Source: Bugula neritina
Taxonomy: Eukaryota; Animalia; Bryozoa
DNA: 64,000 nt
NCBI GenBank assembly: GCA_964035545.1
Contig: OZ037767.1
Span: forward strand, 9,496,581 to 9,560,580
Direction of reading: 5' to 3'
The notes below the pieces were generated by a model. That model worked only from the letters and a program-made list of their open reading frames with translations, did not search any database and had not been told where the DNA came from. Positions within the stretch are counted from its first letter, which is position 1; each line of letters opens with the position of its first letter. The translations under genes were made by a program, and so were the position numbers. This document shows positions 15,376 to 29,563 of this stretch, in pieces.

Positions 15376-17696
15376 TTTGACTTTCTAAAGACAACAACAT
15401 GGTATCAGTGAGTTAGTGAATGAGCTGTCCACAGTTATTTGTTACCAGTACATCAAATTTAATGGTTTACAGGCAATATGTTAAAGGCCTGCTCATATTA
15501 GGACTTTCGCTACAAAAACGGAATAGTGATGAAAAACACATTGGGATGTCGACAGTAAGAACAAAATGATTTCATATTGAAAAGTTTGCACATTTAATGA
15601 CAGCAGAAACACTTTATGCGACACTTGTTAAAATACATTTACAATGAGTTTTGTAAAAGGCTGTGTTTTTTAATATGTAACCTTTAAACTATTTCTATAT
15701 GCAGGTTTTGAAAAATAACTTGTCTTGTCTTTTACAAAAACGCCCTAACATAAACTTAAATCTAATCATAAACTTTAAATCTAATACTAAAATAAATAGA
15801 CAGATAATTATTGGCATGCGAAACAGTGTAAAGTGATTGGACGACTAAAATGAATTCTGTCTAACCTTCGTAACATATCTACTGTATTTTATAACTCAAT
15901 ATTATATCATTACACTTGCAGAAAACCTACTACTGGGTTTTGTCCATAACGAAAATAATAATTGAGAACTTGTTTTAGGTGCACACTAAGTTGAACTTAC
16001 AGTTTTGTTCCAACAGGAGTAAAGACAAATAACTTGCCCAATTTAAAATTTAACAGTTACAGTTTACAAAATGAAAGTGTGAGTTCTAGTGATAGTAAAA
16101 ACATCTAAGTTAATTTTAATGTATGTTTCAATCAGTGTACATCAGTCACTTTACTTTTCAGATTGAGTGTGCCATTCATCTCAAACTTAAAATTGAATCA
16201 ATTATTAAATTTTAACTTATGAGATGTAGACTAAGACTTCGTTTTAGAGTTGAAGTATCATTATCCTACTCAATGTAGAGTGTAATGATTACTAACATTT
16301 ATACATAACATAACTATAGTGAAACTAAATGTGAAATCACAATTTAATAGTCAGACTCGAACTGAGACCCACTTATTTTCAGTGTGAGGAGCACTATTAT
16401 GCTATTATAAGTCAAACTCGATGTGTAACACCAACTAATACTATTATTATATTAGTATAATAAATTGTAGTTATTAGATTTAGTTGTTATATTTAAATTG
16501 AAACTTACCACCACCAACAGTAATTCTAAGAACTACGAAGTGAGAACTCTAAGCATTAGCATAATGATAATTGATAATCATAATCTTAATGTCATTAATA
16601 ATAATAAATCAATTAAATTAAAATAAATATTCACTAACTTACTTACTAACACCAAGAGTAAGTGAGTATATATACAAATTAAGAATTGGGAATCCTGAAC
16701 ATAATAATAATCAATAATCACCTTATCCTTATCCTAATGCTCCTGATTACAATAAACTTTGACATTAAACCTAAAATTAAACTTAAAGCTAAAGTGATGA
16801 ATGAGCATCAATATGAATTATGAATATGAATTATGAATATGAATTATGAATATGGTATCATTATGAGACTTCGCATGATACTTCATTTTGATTTTCATTT
16901 TGTAACTAATTTAACAATTGTAATTGCTGCTACCCCAACAGGACAAAGCGGAAATAAGTGGGAAAAGTTTAATAATTGTAATTGATATTTTAATACTGAT
17001 ACTCATAAATAAAAATAAAAGGTGAAAGTAATATTTATATTATAATTATAATTATTCAATTGAATGAAATATAAAGATTCACTTTTATAAAATTAATTTT
17101 AAAATTACAATAAAAATGAAATAATAATCACTCAACTTTATTTTTAATAAATTTAAAAGTAATTTACTAATTAAATAACTAAAATATCATTATGACAATC
17201 AAGCGACAATCTGAATCTGCATCAGTATCAGTTATTAACTGATACTGAATCAGATTGTCGCTTAATTGATAATGATTCAGTATGACTAAGTGTAAGACTA
17301 TCACTACGCCTTAATCTATGGTCTAACACTAACAGTAAGTGTAACTCTATCACTATGAATATGATTATGTCATCATTATGATATTGATTATCATTATCAT
17401 TATGATTATGTCTAACATTTACTTTAACAATAACTTTATTTTTACATTCATTTTCAGTTTCACGCTGTGATGACAGTGATTGTTATACTCATTGTGATTG
17501 TCATTGTCATACTCATTCACATTCTGATTCACATTGTGATTGTCATTGTCATCACTCATTGTCATCACTCATTGTGATTGTGGGATAGTCAGCTAGTGAG
17601 TTGGCTAAGCCTAATGCCAATAATGAAGAATCAAATTATGAATAGTTAAAGCTTAAACTAACAGCATGTTTGAAATATGTTGAGATGTATGAAGAA

Positions 17697-17900
17697 ACTT
17701 ACAAGTTGAATAACAATGGCTACAGAATCAAGTAGAACGAGTAAGAGGAAAACGTGAAGACTAACAGGAAAATGTCGAAACCTTTTGGCGAAGCTATTGG
17801 AGAACAATCGAGAAAACCGTGAATGACGCTATTTATAGCAATTCTTGTGCACAAGGAGTTGTCTGTACGCTGCAGCTGGTACGTTCGATTTGCTATTGGA
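17697..17900 (-). promoter_or_regulatory. Probable DNAJA core promoter and non-coding first exon
   Basis: Minus-strand GTAAGT donor at 17702-17697, TATAAAT at about 17837-17831, CCAAT at 17898-17894, locally CpG-richer sequence, and an HSE-like aGAAcaATCgaGAAa at 17801-17815. Confidence 0.5.
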
Positions 17901-19666
17901 TTCTGAACGCGATTTACCGTAAGAGAAATAATTAGGGTAATGAACTTACAACTCCAAGGATATAAAAACATGCACATTTACGTTGAACATTTTTTTAAAA
18001 ATCTTTTAGCTATTTGCAAATGGAGCCATAATAAAATACCGCCAGTCTTGAATAACTGTGATCTGAGGCTATTTGTACTTACAGTTTATGAAGGTATACC
18101 ACATACCCTCCTTGAACCAGTTATATGCATAAATAACAAGAATAGTAAATTTCCCAAAATGTATTTATTATATACCTTCAATCTCGAGAGTTACTTGGCA
18201 AATGATTTTAATTTTCTAAGAAAAGTGCAATGAGCCATATAACCTGTACACTGACCATATAATATATGATAATGTGCTAAGTTGCAATATAATGAATAGC
18301 AATAAGCCATAAGCCTTCAACATTCCAGAGCTAGCTACAACACAAACACAATTGTATATAATAAAAGACTATAAAGGTGGATGTCCATTACATAATTGCA
18401 TTCAAATTTTCAGATATATTAACTCATTTTCTGCAGCAACTCATTTTCTTGCTTCAGGCTACCACTCTAATATTAAACTAAACAATTCTTAGGTTCAGGA
18501 AAATTTATAAAATCACAGGTCCACATTGAAAACAAGGATTCATTATAGGGATGATTAAATGGTGTAGAAGGATATATGGGGAATACAGGTTCAATATTAG
18601 ACCATTTTTGAATAATAATACATTATAAAGTGGAATAAAAATTACATGCATGTGATAGGGAATAGCTACTTCCAGTTTCAAATATAATTGTTAGCATTAT
18701 GGTGTCTCTACTAAATGTCTAAACATTATCTTCACAATAGTCACTCTTCAGAGTTTAGATCAACTCTAATAGTGACTTGAATTGCGAGGTTATTTCAAGT
18801 TTATATTCGTTATCATTTCTTTAATAAAATGAATCCAAGCTTTTTAAATCCCAGTAGAATAGTATATCAAAAGATTTACTAAGTGTTTCTAAACTACATA
18901 TTCCACTCTAGTACTCAATATACTTGAATTTCTCAATTTCGGACTTATAATAACTAATCGGCTAGCTTGGTTCAAATGTAAACTTAAAGATAAATTCTGA
19001 TGTTGCATAATTTTTCAATTGCTATAAATCATAATGCAGGATTAAAAAACATTGAAATGGTTGAATTATACATTGCTTAAAATTCAAACATAAAATGTCC
19101 TTTGAATTAAAAGTTTTTAATCACTTAGCCAAAAATTTATACAAAGAGCAATTTGTCATTAATTTAATATCACATCATACACATATAAGGATGTGTAAGC
19201 ATTCATGGTTTGTAAAGGTGCAATATTTCTGCAAAATGGCTTTGATTTGATAAGGCATGTTATTACTCTTGATGGAAGAAGCAAAATAAAGATAGCAGCT
19301 CTAGAATTTATTTGCTGGCTCTTTGTCTTCACTCATTCTTTTATGATTAAGAAGTTAACAATATACTTGTGAGGTTAATTAGATCATCTTTTTGTATATC
19401 CCTATGAGAGATTGATCATAATTATCAGCTGAATGCAGATAAAATCTAAAATCACGACAATACAAAACACTTTAATATGTTTTATATAAACAAATAGTTT
19501 TAAGACTAAAATATTACCAATGCTTGTCGGCTCAGATAAAAGCAGGTATTCACACAGTATGGTATGCGTTCTAACACTGCCTATACTCTGCCATAAGATG
19601 TACCACAACTGAAATCTGTTAGCTTACAGTACGTGTTGTGTGGCTAGCAACCCTTGACAGCTGAAT

Positions 19667-22600
19667 ATGCTGCAACCAACGTGAGTATTGTATCATTATT
19701 AGGACATCTTCTTAATTCAAAGATTGTAAAAAAATATTTTTAAAATAATTTCAGAAGCAACAAGTGTAAAATTTGTATCTAACTTTCCTTATAGTTTGCT
19801 ATTATAGAAGTGCATACTATGGTATGTACAATATAACATAAAAGTATGCTACTACATATTGTACATAAATCAAGTATACTATTATGTTTATATTAATTAA
19901 ATTTCCTCTGTAAACTGGTAAGAAATTGTACTATTTGTTTCCATTTTAAATATAAATTTTATATACTTGTGTGCTTTGCATATGAAAAGAAGCCTTGATA
20001 TTATTATTCACATACAGACTAATAAGCAATGCTAAATGTTTTACAAAATTATATTTTCAATTAATGCAATATTTGCTTTACTTTTTTCTTACATATATAA
20101 TATATTATGTAAAAATGAATAAAGCTTTCATATTGTTTTACTGAACAATATTTTACAATAAGGTACATTTATATGTAGATTATGAAAAATCACAATAACC
20201 TTTATGATAAGGTTTAAATAAATATCATTTGCTTATAACAAAATATTACTAGATTTATATATTATATTTTATTGTTGCCTATTATATTATTTAACTTATA
20301 TTTATTGTATATCACAATATCATGACATTGTAATATATTATAATTATTGTATTATATAGTGTTTAGATGGATTGTATTATAATATCTTATATTATATTAT
20401 ACTATAATTATTATATATTTTATTATATTGCTTATATCATATTATGCTATATTATATTACATTATATATTTCATTATATCTAAACATAATAGCTAAGCTA
20501 CTGCTCTACAGTAAAACCGATTGAAGGCATAAATTTTAGAATTTTTTGTTCTTTCTGAAATTTGCACAATTAGCACTATGAAAAAAATTTCATTATAATA
20601 TAATTATGAAGGCATTGCCTTCATAATTATATTATTATTATAAGTATATTGTATATTATATATACATATATTACATATTATATATATATTATATTATATA
20701 TTATATTATATAGTATATACTACAATTGAAATGCTTTGAAAATTAATAATATACCAAGCTTAAAATAATTACTATTATGATAGTAAATTTGCTACATGTA
20801 TCTTTAGAAAATGTGTTAAGCTAGGGTAACATATGTTAACGTGAATATGACTGCCTTTAATAATAAGAACTAACTTTGTGACTATAAAGGGTCCCTTTTA
20901 TAGTCAACAAATATTCGTGAACTTGATGGATACTCCTACAGCGTACATGTACATACAGAACTACATAAATCTTTCACTGCCAAATATCATATAGAGCTGA
21001 AATATCTTATATACAGGAAGTTTCTAATTATGCTGAACATCATAACTAATTAATAATATTAAAACAAATTCTAAACTGAATACAGATGAAAGTCTGTGTT
21101 TAAGTTACACGCAAATTATTTTCAATAAAACAAACTACAAGAACTTTAATTTTTTCAATCTATGTTAATTTTGCTGAAATTAATTCATTTTCAACAATTT
21201 TATATTTTCTGGTCACCTTTATAACCATTTTCCCAGTGTGAGCTTGCTCTGTTTTTATGACAACATAACAATATTATTAATGTTACATATGTTAAATAAT
21301 AAGACACCATAACAATATGGTAATATGAAAAAAGTTATATATGTTATATAATATGACAACATAACAATAAGGTAATATTACTAATGTTATATATGCTATA
21401 CGCAACAAATGCGTCAATTCTATTGCCTATGTTCTCTTGTTCAAGTAGTACCATAACAGCTGTGTTATGTTTATGAGTTATTGTGGTCTCATCATGTAAA
21501 TTTAGTTTTTCAAATCTAATCAGATACAAGTATTCAGTATTGAGAAATATTCACATGTGCTTGTTGCAAGCACCTGCATTTTGAATGACTAGCAGGTGAT
21601 CTCCTATATAATATAGTTTTTGTATGTAAGCAAGACCAAACGCATTTAACATTAGTAAATAGTTCAACTTTATATTTTACTTGAAAGAGTTGCAACTGTT
21701 GGCATTAGAACGCCTGCCTTTATTATAACTTAAAATTCCACATAACTAACTTCAAACAAGGTGAATATAATGTCAATACACCAGCATTATAAAGGTGAGT
21801 GGGGTCATTAATAAATGCATGGCTTTGTTGAAGTTTGACTTTAATTCATGAAGAGTGTCATGTTAGTGCATCAAAGGTAGAACTACAAGTCATAGATGTG
21901 TGTTGGCGCAATAATCATTAGTAATGTACTGTGTATAAGGACATATTTTATATACCATGTACCATAAGTTAGCTATACAATTTTCTGATATATATTATAG
22001 CTACTGTATCATATAGCATATGACATATATATGTAATATACAAAGCTGTTTGTGTAATGTTAATCAGATGTATAGTACTGTGCAGTCTTGCTCTTTAGTA
22101 GATCTATTTCAAACTTAAATAGCCCTGGCCATTTGAACAAATAAAATTCTTAATTATTTATTTGTTTATGGATATTATTTATTCAGTATAGTATTTATTT
22201 ATTTATGTATAAACATTAGTAATGTACTGCATATAAGCCATATTTTATATACCGTGTACCATAAGTTAGTTATACTATTTTCTGATATATATATTATAGC
22301 TACTGTATCATATAGCATATAATATTGACCTATATATGTCATGCATATATAAAAGCTGTTTGTATAAATGGTCTCTTGTAGGTGGATTGAGCAGGTAACT
22401 CCCGTGATCACAAAATCCTCCAAACAAAGAAGGGAGTTGATAAATCAGGAAATAGATTATATAAGAACTCTACTTCCGGTAAGGAACAGATCTTTGCAGC
22501 GTCTCAGTCAACTGGAGGTCATGAGTATGGCTTGCATACATATTAGAAGGTGCCATTTCCTTGGTCAGCCATGTAAGTGTTATATTATTATTTACATGTT

Positions 22601-25600
22601 ATAATGTGTAAGTGGAATATTATTATGTAACATGTAAATGTAATATTGTTATGTAACATGTAAATGTAATATTGTTATGTAACATGTAAGTGTAGCATCA
22701 TTATGTACATGTTGTAACAAAGTAAGTGGAATATCATTATGTACGTGTAAGTGTTATACCATTATGTATATGTAACATGTGTTATATCATTACGCAACGT
22801 GTGATATGTAAGTGTAATATTATGGTGTACATGTAACATTATTTCTATAGTCTCTACTATATGACAACTTCAGTCAGTTTTCTCAGCTCGTTTTAAAAAA
22901 ATTATATACTAAATAGAAACTAGCTTTTATAAGATTTTCTAAAAGTTTCAGATGACAATATTTTATTTCTTATAAGTGGTGTAATTGCAGATAACATAAG
23001 CTGACTTCACAAACATCTAGTGAAATGTTAGTATTATTGTATTATAAAATTATATTATAGAAAGATATATGCAAGGCAAGTACCATTACTCTAAAACACA
23101 ATGTAGTGTGAGATTATATGGCAGTATATTATTGCTTTTGGTTAGCTTTATAATTATTATGTAAAAGTTATTCATATGTCAAGGGAGCAGCCTGGGTCTA
23201 GGGGTTAGAGCATTTGCCTAGTAAGCATGAAGTGATTGGTTCGAGGCCTGACAAAGGCTATTAGTTAATGTTAAGAAGAGCATCCTGTCATAATTGCTTA
23301 TGTGCCCAATCTGAATAAATCCTTAGCCCTATTTAAAGGATTGCTCAATCTTAGTTTATTACAATCACATTATAATTATGAACTATAATCAAATGTGTAT
23401 GCAAACAATTGTGACTTTGCAAAGGGATATGTGCCTAGAAAACAGCTTTTCAAAATTCCAATTTTGAGGGAGGTAAAATTTTCAGCCATGAAAAAGAATA
23501 GCCTAATACGTGACGTGTGAACGCCAGTAACTACGCTGCACGTGCTAACTATAACGCTAGTATTCAAGGTTGCCGAGCACAACATCAACCAATAACGCTC
23601 AAGCAGTTACAGTGCGCTATATAGGTCAGCTTTGGTGTGCCCTTAACATTGCACAATCTGACCTGGTTTAGAACGATCGCAGGCATCCATCCTAAAGAAT
23701 GCATGTTTTGCAATGCTTTTTTTAATGTTTACAAGCAAAATATGGCCTAATGTTATCACATGCATGTTATTTAAAATGTCAAAAAACTATAGATTGAGAT
23801 AATTCACATTTGCACTTCTATAAATATACAAATTACGAGCTGAAAGATCACATCTCACAGTCATATTTCTATAGTTATTCATTTGTATAGTCACGTGACC
23901 AGCAGGAATGCTGGCGCTGTTACGTCACATTTCCCAGCTCATTTCAAAATTGGCGTTTTGGCTGTTACCAAACTACACCCTCAACTTCAACTAACTTTTT
24001 CTACCTTTGGTCAAATGCTTTTTGTCAATGCATGCTTAGAAAAACACAATATTATGTGTGTTTGACCTAAATGGCCATTTATTAGACAAGATAGAGCAAT
24101 CCTTTAACAAAAACTCCTTTCATCAGGGGTTTTCTCACAGAGATGGTTACTATAAACTAGGTGAGTTATTCCTATGTCAATGGTATAAATTTATGCAAGC
24201 CTTTACAGTTTTGAATTTATACTGTTCAAATTTTTAAAGAATAATAGTGACCATAGAGACCTTCAAATTCCATACCCATAGGGGTAACTGTAGGACTGAA
24301 AGCGATCTAAGATCCAACAGCAATAAACTTACCCATTTTTCAAACAAGCAAAATTTATTGTTTTCACTTTTAGCTCATTGTTTAAAACATCTGAGAGAGG
24401 AGTGCACCTGAGGCCCTCACCTGTTGGACTTTTAATAGAATAGAGAACATCCATTGTGTGACTATGTCACAATAAACAACTAAATTCTATATTCATTACT
24501 AGAATAGCATTTTCTTTGTTTTCAGCCATAACTTTTTAGCAAAACTACATATAATAAAACTCAATTAAAGCTGTTAGTTCAATGTACAAGTTGTTATAAG
24601 CATAGTTAAATACTTTCCATTATGTTATAGTATGCCATAATATTATAGTCTGTTGTTATTTTTTTTTTACAAAATAATAAAATTATTTTTTAAAAATACA
24701 TATATATGCTATAATGATTGAACAAAATTGGTTGCTCACACCTGTGAAATATCTTTACACACATTATTGCTTTGAATAAAAGTTGTGATCTGTGTTGTGT
24801 TTAAACTAATGAGTAGCTTCTCAGCCTTCCAGGGCAATGCATGTGTGCATGCCGTTACTTAAACTTTAAGCAATTCTTTGACAACTCTTCAAATGTTAAA
24901 AATAAAATAAATTCGCCAAAACTTAATATTTTTACATGAAAATTGCTCAATTTATGTTATTGAAAGCACATAATGATGATGTTTATTATTCTTTAGTGTT
25001 TACACAAAACGAAGAAGATGAAGAAGATATTCTAATGCATGCAGTACCTGGGTTCTTCTTAGTGTGTACCAGTGATGGGAAACTAGTCTACATCTCTCCA
25101 AATGTTACTGATTTTCTTGGGCACTCTACCGTAAATATTTAACATTAGTTAACCCTTGTGTAAGCTAACCCTTAGTGTAAGCTAACCTTTAGTGTGAGCT
25201 AACCCTTAGTGTGAGCTAACCCATAATGTGATTATACTGCCATGAATATTATGCCTCATGCTAAAAGTATCCCAAATTTCCCTATAAAACAACTTAAAGT
25301 TGAACAATATAAAAATAGTTTATTTTGTATAAACCATAAAATTGATAGAATATTTTTAGAAAATTTACAATATCTTCTATTAACCCAATTTTGCACGTCT
25401 TGTCAACTTTGGTGTAATGGATAGATTTAATAGCCCTTTCATAAAAAATTATAGTTAAATCAATGCTGATTAGGCACCAAGAGAATATTGTGATGCTATT
25501 AAAGCAGGTTACCTGATAGCTGAAACTCATGACTAAAACACTTCAAGTTATAACATCTTAATTTCAGATTTCATTTTACACCTCTGGGAATGCTTTATTT

Positions 25601-28600
25601 TAGTTTGCAAAACTTCATGATACTGAATTTAAAACCTTAGATTTGAAAACTGTATACGCACTCTATAAGATCAGCTTGTGGTTTGATTTTGAGCAATGCG
25701 GGAATAGTTAAAGATAACTTGGTAAAATTATTGAAAATATACGTTATAGCATTAAAAATCAATTTCTAAGTGACTACCACACTATACATCTATTATGTTT
25801 TATGATATTATAGATAGATATAACGAAGCAAGGAGACAATATCTACGATATAGTTGACACTCGTGACCATTCTGAGATCAAAGCCTCCTTAACAGACTGG
25901 AGTTCTGCAGAAATTAATTTTAGGTGCAGAATAGCCTTGTCTAGGTACACACGACGCCAGTCTAGTTTCTTTGATGAAAAGGTATTTTAGTCATAGAATA
26001 ACACTAAGTGTTAGAAATTATAACTATCGTGCTGTTGCCAATACAGCAGATATAATATGTCAAATGATCATACACATATCTTTTGGTATTTCACTTTCAA
26101 CCTCACTTTTTCTGAATTAACTTAAAAAGTGTAATTAAATAACAGTTATTATATTAAAGTATTTTGTAATATGTACTTTGATCTCAACTTAATTTTAGCC
26201 AATACAAGTTTCGGGGTACTACACAATGCCGGCAGATTGCTCAGCGTTTCAAGGACCCGTTTTTATTGGGTTATGCACACCAATATTATCTCCCGCAATA
26301 AAGAAATCTATACTCTATCGAACATCAACGTCTTTCACATCAGTTCATCACATAGATATGACTTTTATGGAAGCTTCTCACTTGTGAGTTTATGCAGACG
26401 AAACCTATGACCTCTAACCTTAGTACTTATGACCTTCAACCTTATGACCTCTGCAGTCATGTGGCTTGAGTGCTTTAGAATACATTGCGGTACTGTAGGG
26501 GCACACAATAACTATGGAGAACACTTTGGAACTTTATAATAAATTTAAATAATACAGAGTAATTTTTCTAAATGTGCAAACTTGGGGCTATATTATGGAA
26601 AAATAAAAATAATACTGACCTATATTATTTTAAACTTTAATAGAATTTATTTTGGCTTTTGGCAAAACTGTAAGCAGTTGAATTTAATATAATACTTTTT
26701 TATCAAGTTTATACTCGTAAATACTCTACACAAATATGAGGTCACAGGCAATAGGTTTTTTGATAATCTTAATTTGTAAATACTGTATTTCAGAAATGTA
26801 TCATGATGCATAAAGTTTAAATGAATTTATATAAAACAATAAAATAAATTATATAGGTGTGAGCACTACCTAGGTTTGAAAGAAACAGAACTTGTTGGGA
26901 GATCATGGTATGAGTTTTTATCACCGGACACATTATCGACAGCCGCAGAGCATCATTTAAAAGGTGATCTAAACTGTAGTCACTAAGTTACACACATGCA
27001 CACACACACACACACACGCACCCACACACACACACACACACATATATATAGCATAGGACATTTTTATGATTGTTTTGTGTTCGAGTTTGTGTGCAATCTC
27101 TTCAAATTAAATAATGTTTTTATATTTTGTAGCAATTAATAGTTGTAGTTATCTCTTGCTCAAATATATCAGTTTGTAGTTTCAGAAAGTTATGATGCTG
27201 AGAGTACGTCTGTATTTTATGGTAGAGTAGCTAGACCAGACGGCACTGGGTTCCCTGCAGCTTTCTTCTTACATATTCATAAGACTGAGGAGCAGACCTA
27301 CATAGTCTGTACCGTTCAAGCTCTAAGGTAACTTCGCCACAGCTAGAGCTACTTCCAACATCACAAATACGACTAAAATCTTTGGATTTGCTTCCTACAC
27401 CAACTCTATGTTACTTTCTTGTTGCTGAGCTCAATAGCTCATATTATATAAGTTAATTTGCAAACTCGGTTTTTGTGGTCTTATCACTAAAATCCTGCTT
27501 AACATTGTGCGATAATAGTATGCTGACAGAACTCCTTTCCCACCTGTGAACCTTTGGTATGTAACCAAATCTTCCACCTAAATGCACTCAGTGAATCATA
27601 CAGTCATAATTCCTAGGCTTCCTCTGTATAATAGGGGAAAGAATTTATTAATCAGATTTCTGTTTAAAATGTTGGTGTATATATGGATAAGTCCTTAGCC
27701 TGCTTTAAAGAAACCCTTTTCATCAGGGTTTCGCACAGGGATGGCGACCGTAAACTTGCATGAGTTTTGATAGTAGATACACTAAAGAAGAAATCTGCTA
27801 CATCATCTCTATCATATTGCTATGCTGTAGGGAGGACTATGACTTTCCTAGCTTAACCTATGACTCCCGAGATGGTAAAGAGTGTTCAGAAAGAGTTTCC
27901 CGGGATTATCAACCATCTTCTCCACAAGCCTTTGAGGTTGCCATGGACAACCACTGGTCTCTAAAAGTGACTCATCCCTCCTATGATATGGGTCAGGGTC
28001 ACCAATCCCTAGCTTCTCACCTTTACACACCCTCTCTTTACTCAACATTTTACACTTATTCTATTAACCACCCACAAAACATAGAGAGACAGGAACATTC
28101 TAGAACACCACCATCTTACACAAAAACACCCCTTCACAGGTAAATCAACTTGCAGTATGGCACTAAGGCAGTCAACGTCCTATATTCTCAACATGACTTT
28201 AAAAGCATATTTGATCTCATAAAATTAGTTAAAAAGATTAGAGCTATTAGAAAGCAGCACTGCTCCTTTGTCCTGCAGTCACTCCAGCACGCCATTAATT
28301 GCCATTGCCATACACTACCTCTTTTTCTATGGTTGGCCACATTGTCTCCTAACCTGATCATACTGGCAAGCATAATATATTTGAGTTCAGATAGCAGTCT
28401 ATTGGTTTAAAACTCAGCGACCGTAACTCATAGGTATGTGAAGTTCTCATGCTAGCATGTAGACTAAAATATGGAACTTAAGCTTTACCAAAAAGCAGTT
28501 CTTGTTTATCTTTACTCTATTTCTAACTTCACTCTCCATGTTCTTTTCTTCTCACATTAAACGACCTGGCCATGACATTCACAAGGTCATCACAGGTCTT

Positions 28601-29563
28601 CTTGCTTGTTTCAATTATCTAACAACTTTTAAAGACTCATTAACTCCCATTGTGATCATACCTCCAGTCTTTAGCTGCTTTTCTCTTTCATATACAGTGA
28701 TGTATGCAAACAGTGCACACGCAATATGCTGTATTTCAGACCTAGTGGAGGACTAGTCATGGTAGCCCCTGAGTCTATTTATAACAGGAGCAATAGCAGC
28801 AGCCCCCTAAACTACACGGAACTGGGCGAGTGTCAGCAACTCCAGAACCTTCCTCAACAACACTCGGTAAGAGCAGATCTAAGATTAAATGGCACAGTCT
28901 CAATTTCACCTTAAAATGCTGTTTTGGCCTGTCAAAGAGAATATTCCTATTTTAGAAACTCTAGCAATTTGCTTGACAAGGCTTATTGCTTATTGGATTT
29001 CTGCATTTATTTACCAACAACTTTATTAGTGGTTTAAAAATTTATTCTATTAAGGATTCAAAACTCTGTCTGTAGTTTTTTTATTACTTAAACTTATAAT
29101 ACAACTTTGATGCTAGATAGTGGCTGTTGATTTATGGTAAGCCAAATGTAAATAATCAGTGCCTAATGTAAGCATGAGTATAGATGTGAAATATTGCTAA
29201 ATTTTATTTCCTAAGCTAAACGTTTTGCATTACAGATTTTTTTATGCTTATTATTCACACATGCCTTAATGTGCATGCTCACCAGCAGTGAGCCATAATA
29301 CTTTGGAAAACTCTCATCATAGACACTAAACAATAATACTTTGACAACTTTCTCAAGTTGGTACTTATATTATTTTTTTTAAGAATGCCTCAAATGAAAA
29401 ATGCATGTGGGATTTCAATTTGGATACTCAAAAGAGACTGTTCACAGAACATCTTTGCCATATATCCAACACATCACCGTCAACTATCTTCGAAACCAAT
29501 TCAACTTTAACTGTTGGTAGCCATTCTCCTCAGCATTGCTGGCAGCCACAAGCTGTCCGCTGA
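19667..29563 (+). CDS. bHLH-PAS transcription factor, NPAS4/dysfusion-like
   Basis: Exons 19667-19680 (tentative ATG exon, phase fits), 22382-22572 (bHLH: TKSSKQRRELINQEI...LLP...QRLSQLEVMSMACIHIRR), 24997-25130 (PAS-A: PGFFLVCTSDGKLVYISPNVTDFLGHS), 25814-25981, 26199-26383, 26857-26963 (PAS-B: YLGLKETELVGRSWYEFL), 27180-27328, 27831-28139, 28740-28866, 29384-29563 (stop). The terminal exons are less certain. Confidence 0.82.
22570..22840. repeat. Degenerate ~25-bp tandem array built on the splice-donor motif CATGTAAGTG
   Basis: Repeated (CA)TGTAA(G/A)TG...ATTATG units start at the real donor (22573). Confidence 0.7.
23184..24170 (+). mobile_element. tRNA-derived SINE (tRNA-Thr(AGT)-like head) interrupted by a TTAA-targeting DNA element
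   Basis: A-box-like TGGGTCTAGGGG, CTAGTAA loop, B-box GGTTCGAGGCC. Homologous to the uninterrupted copy at 31250-31468 and the 3' fragment at about 27685-27768. Confidence 0.75.
23337..24103. mobile_element. Non-autonomous Kolobok-type DNA transposon (767 bp)
   Basis: TTAA TSD at 23333-23336 and 24104-24107; TIR AGGATTGCTC(A/T)ATCTT. AGG...CCT termini with a TTAA TSD fit Kolobok. The paralogous SINE at 31250 has a single empty TTAA at the same position. Confidence 0.8.
27685..27768 (+). mobile_element. 3' fragment of the same SINE family
   Basis: ATAAGTCCTTAGCC...AAACCCTTTTCATCAGGGTTTCGCACAGGGATGG...TGAGTTTT matches the tails at 24108-24170 and 31390-31468. Confidence 0.7.
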
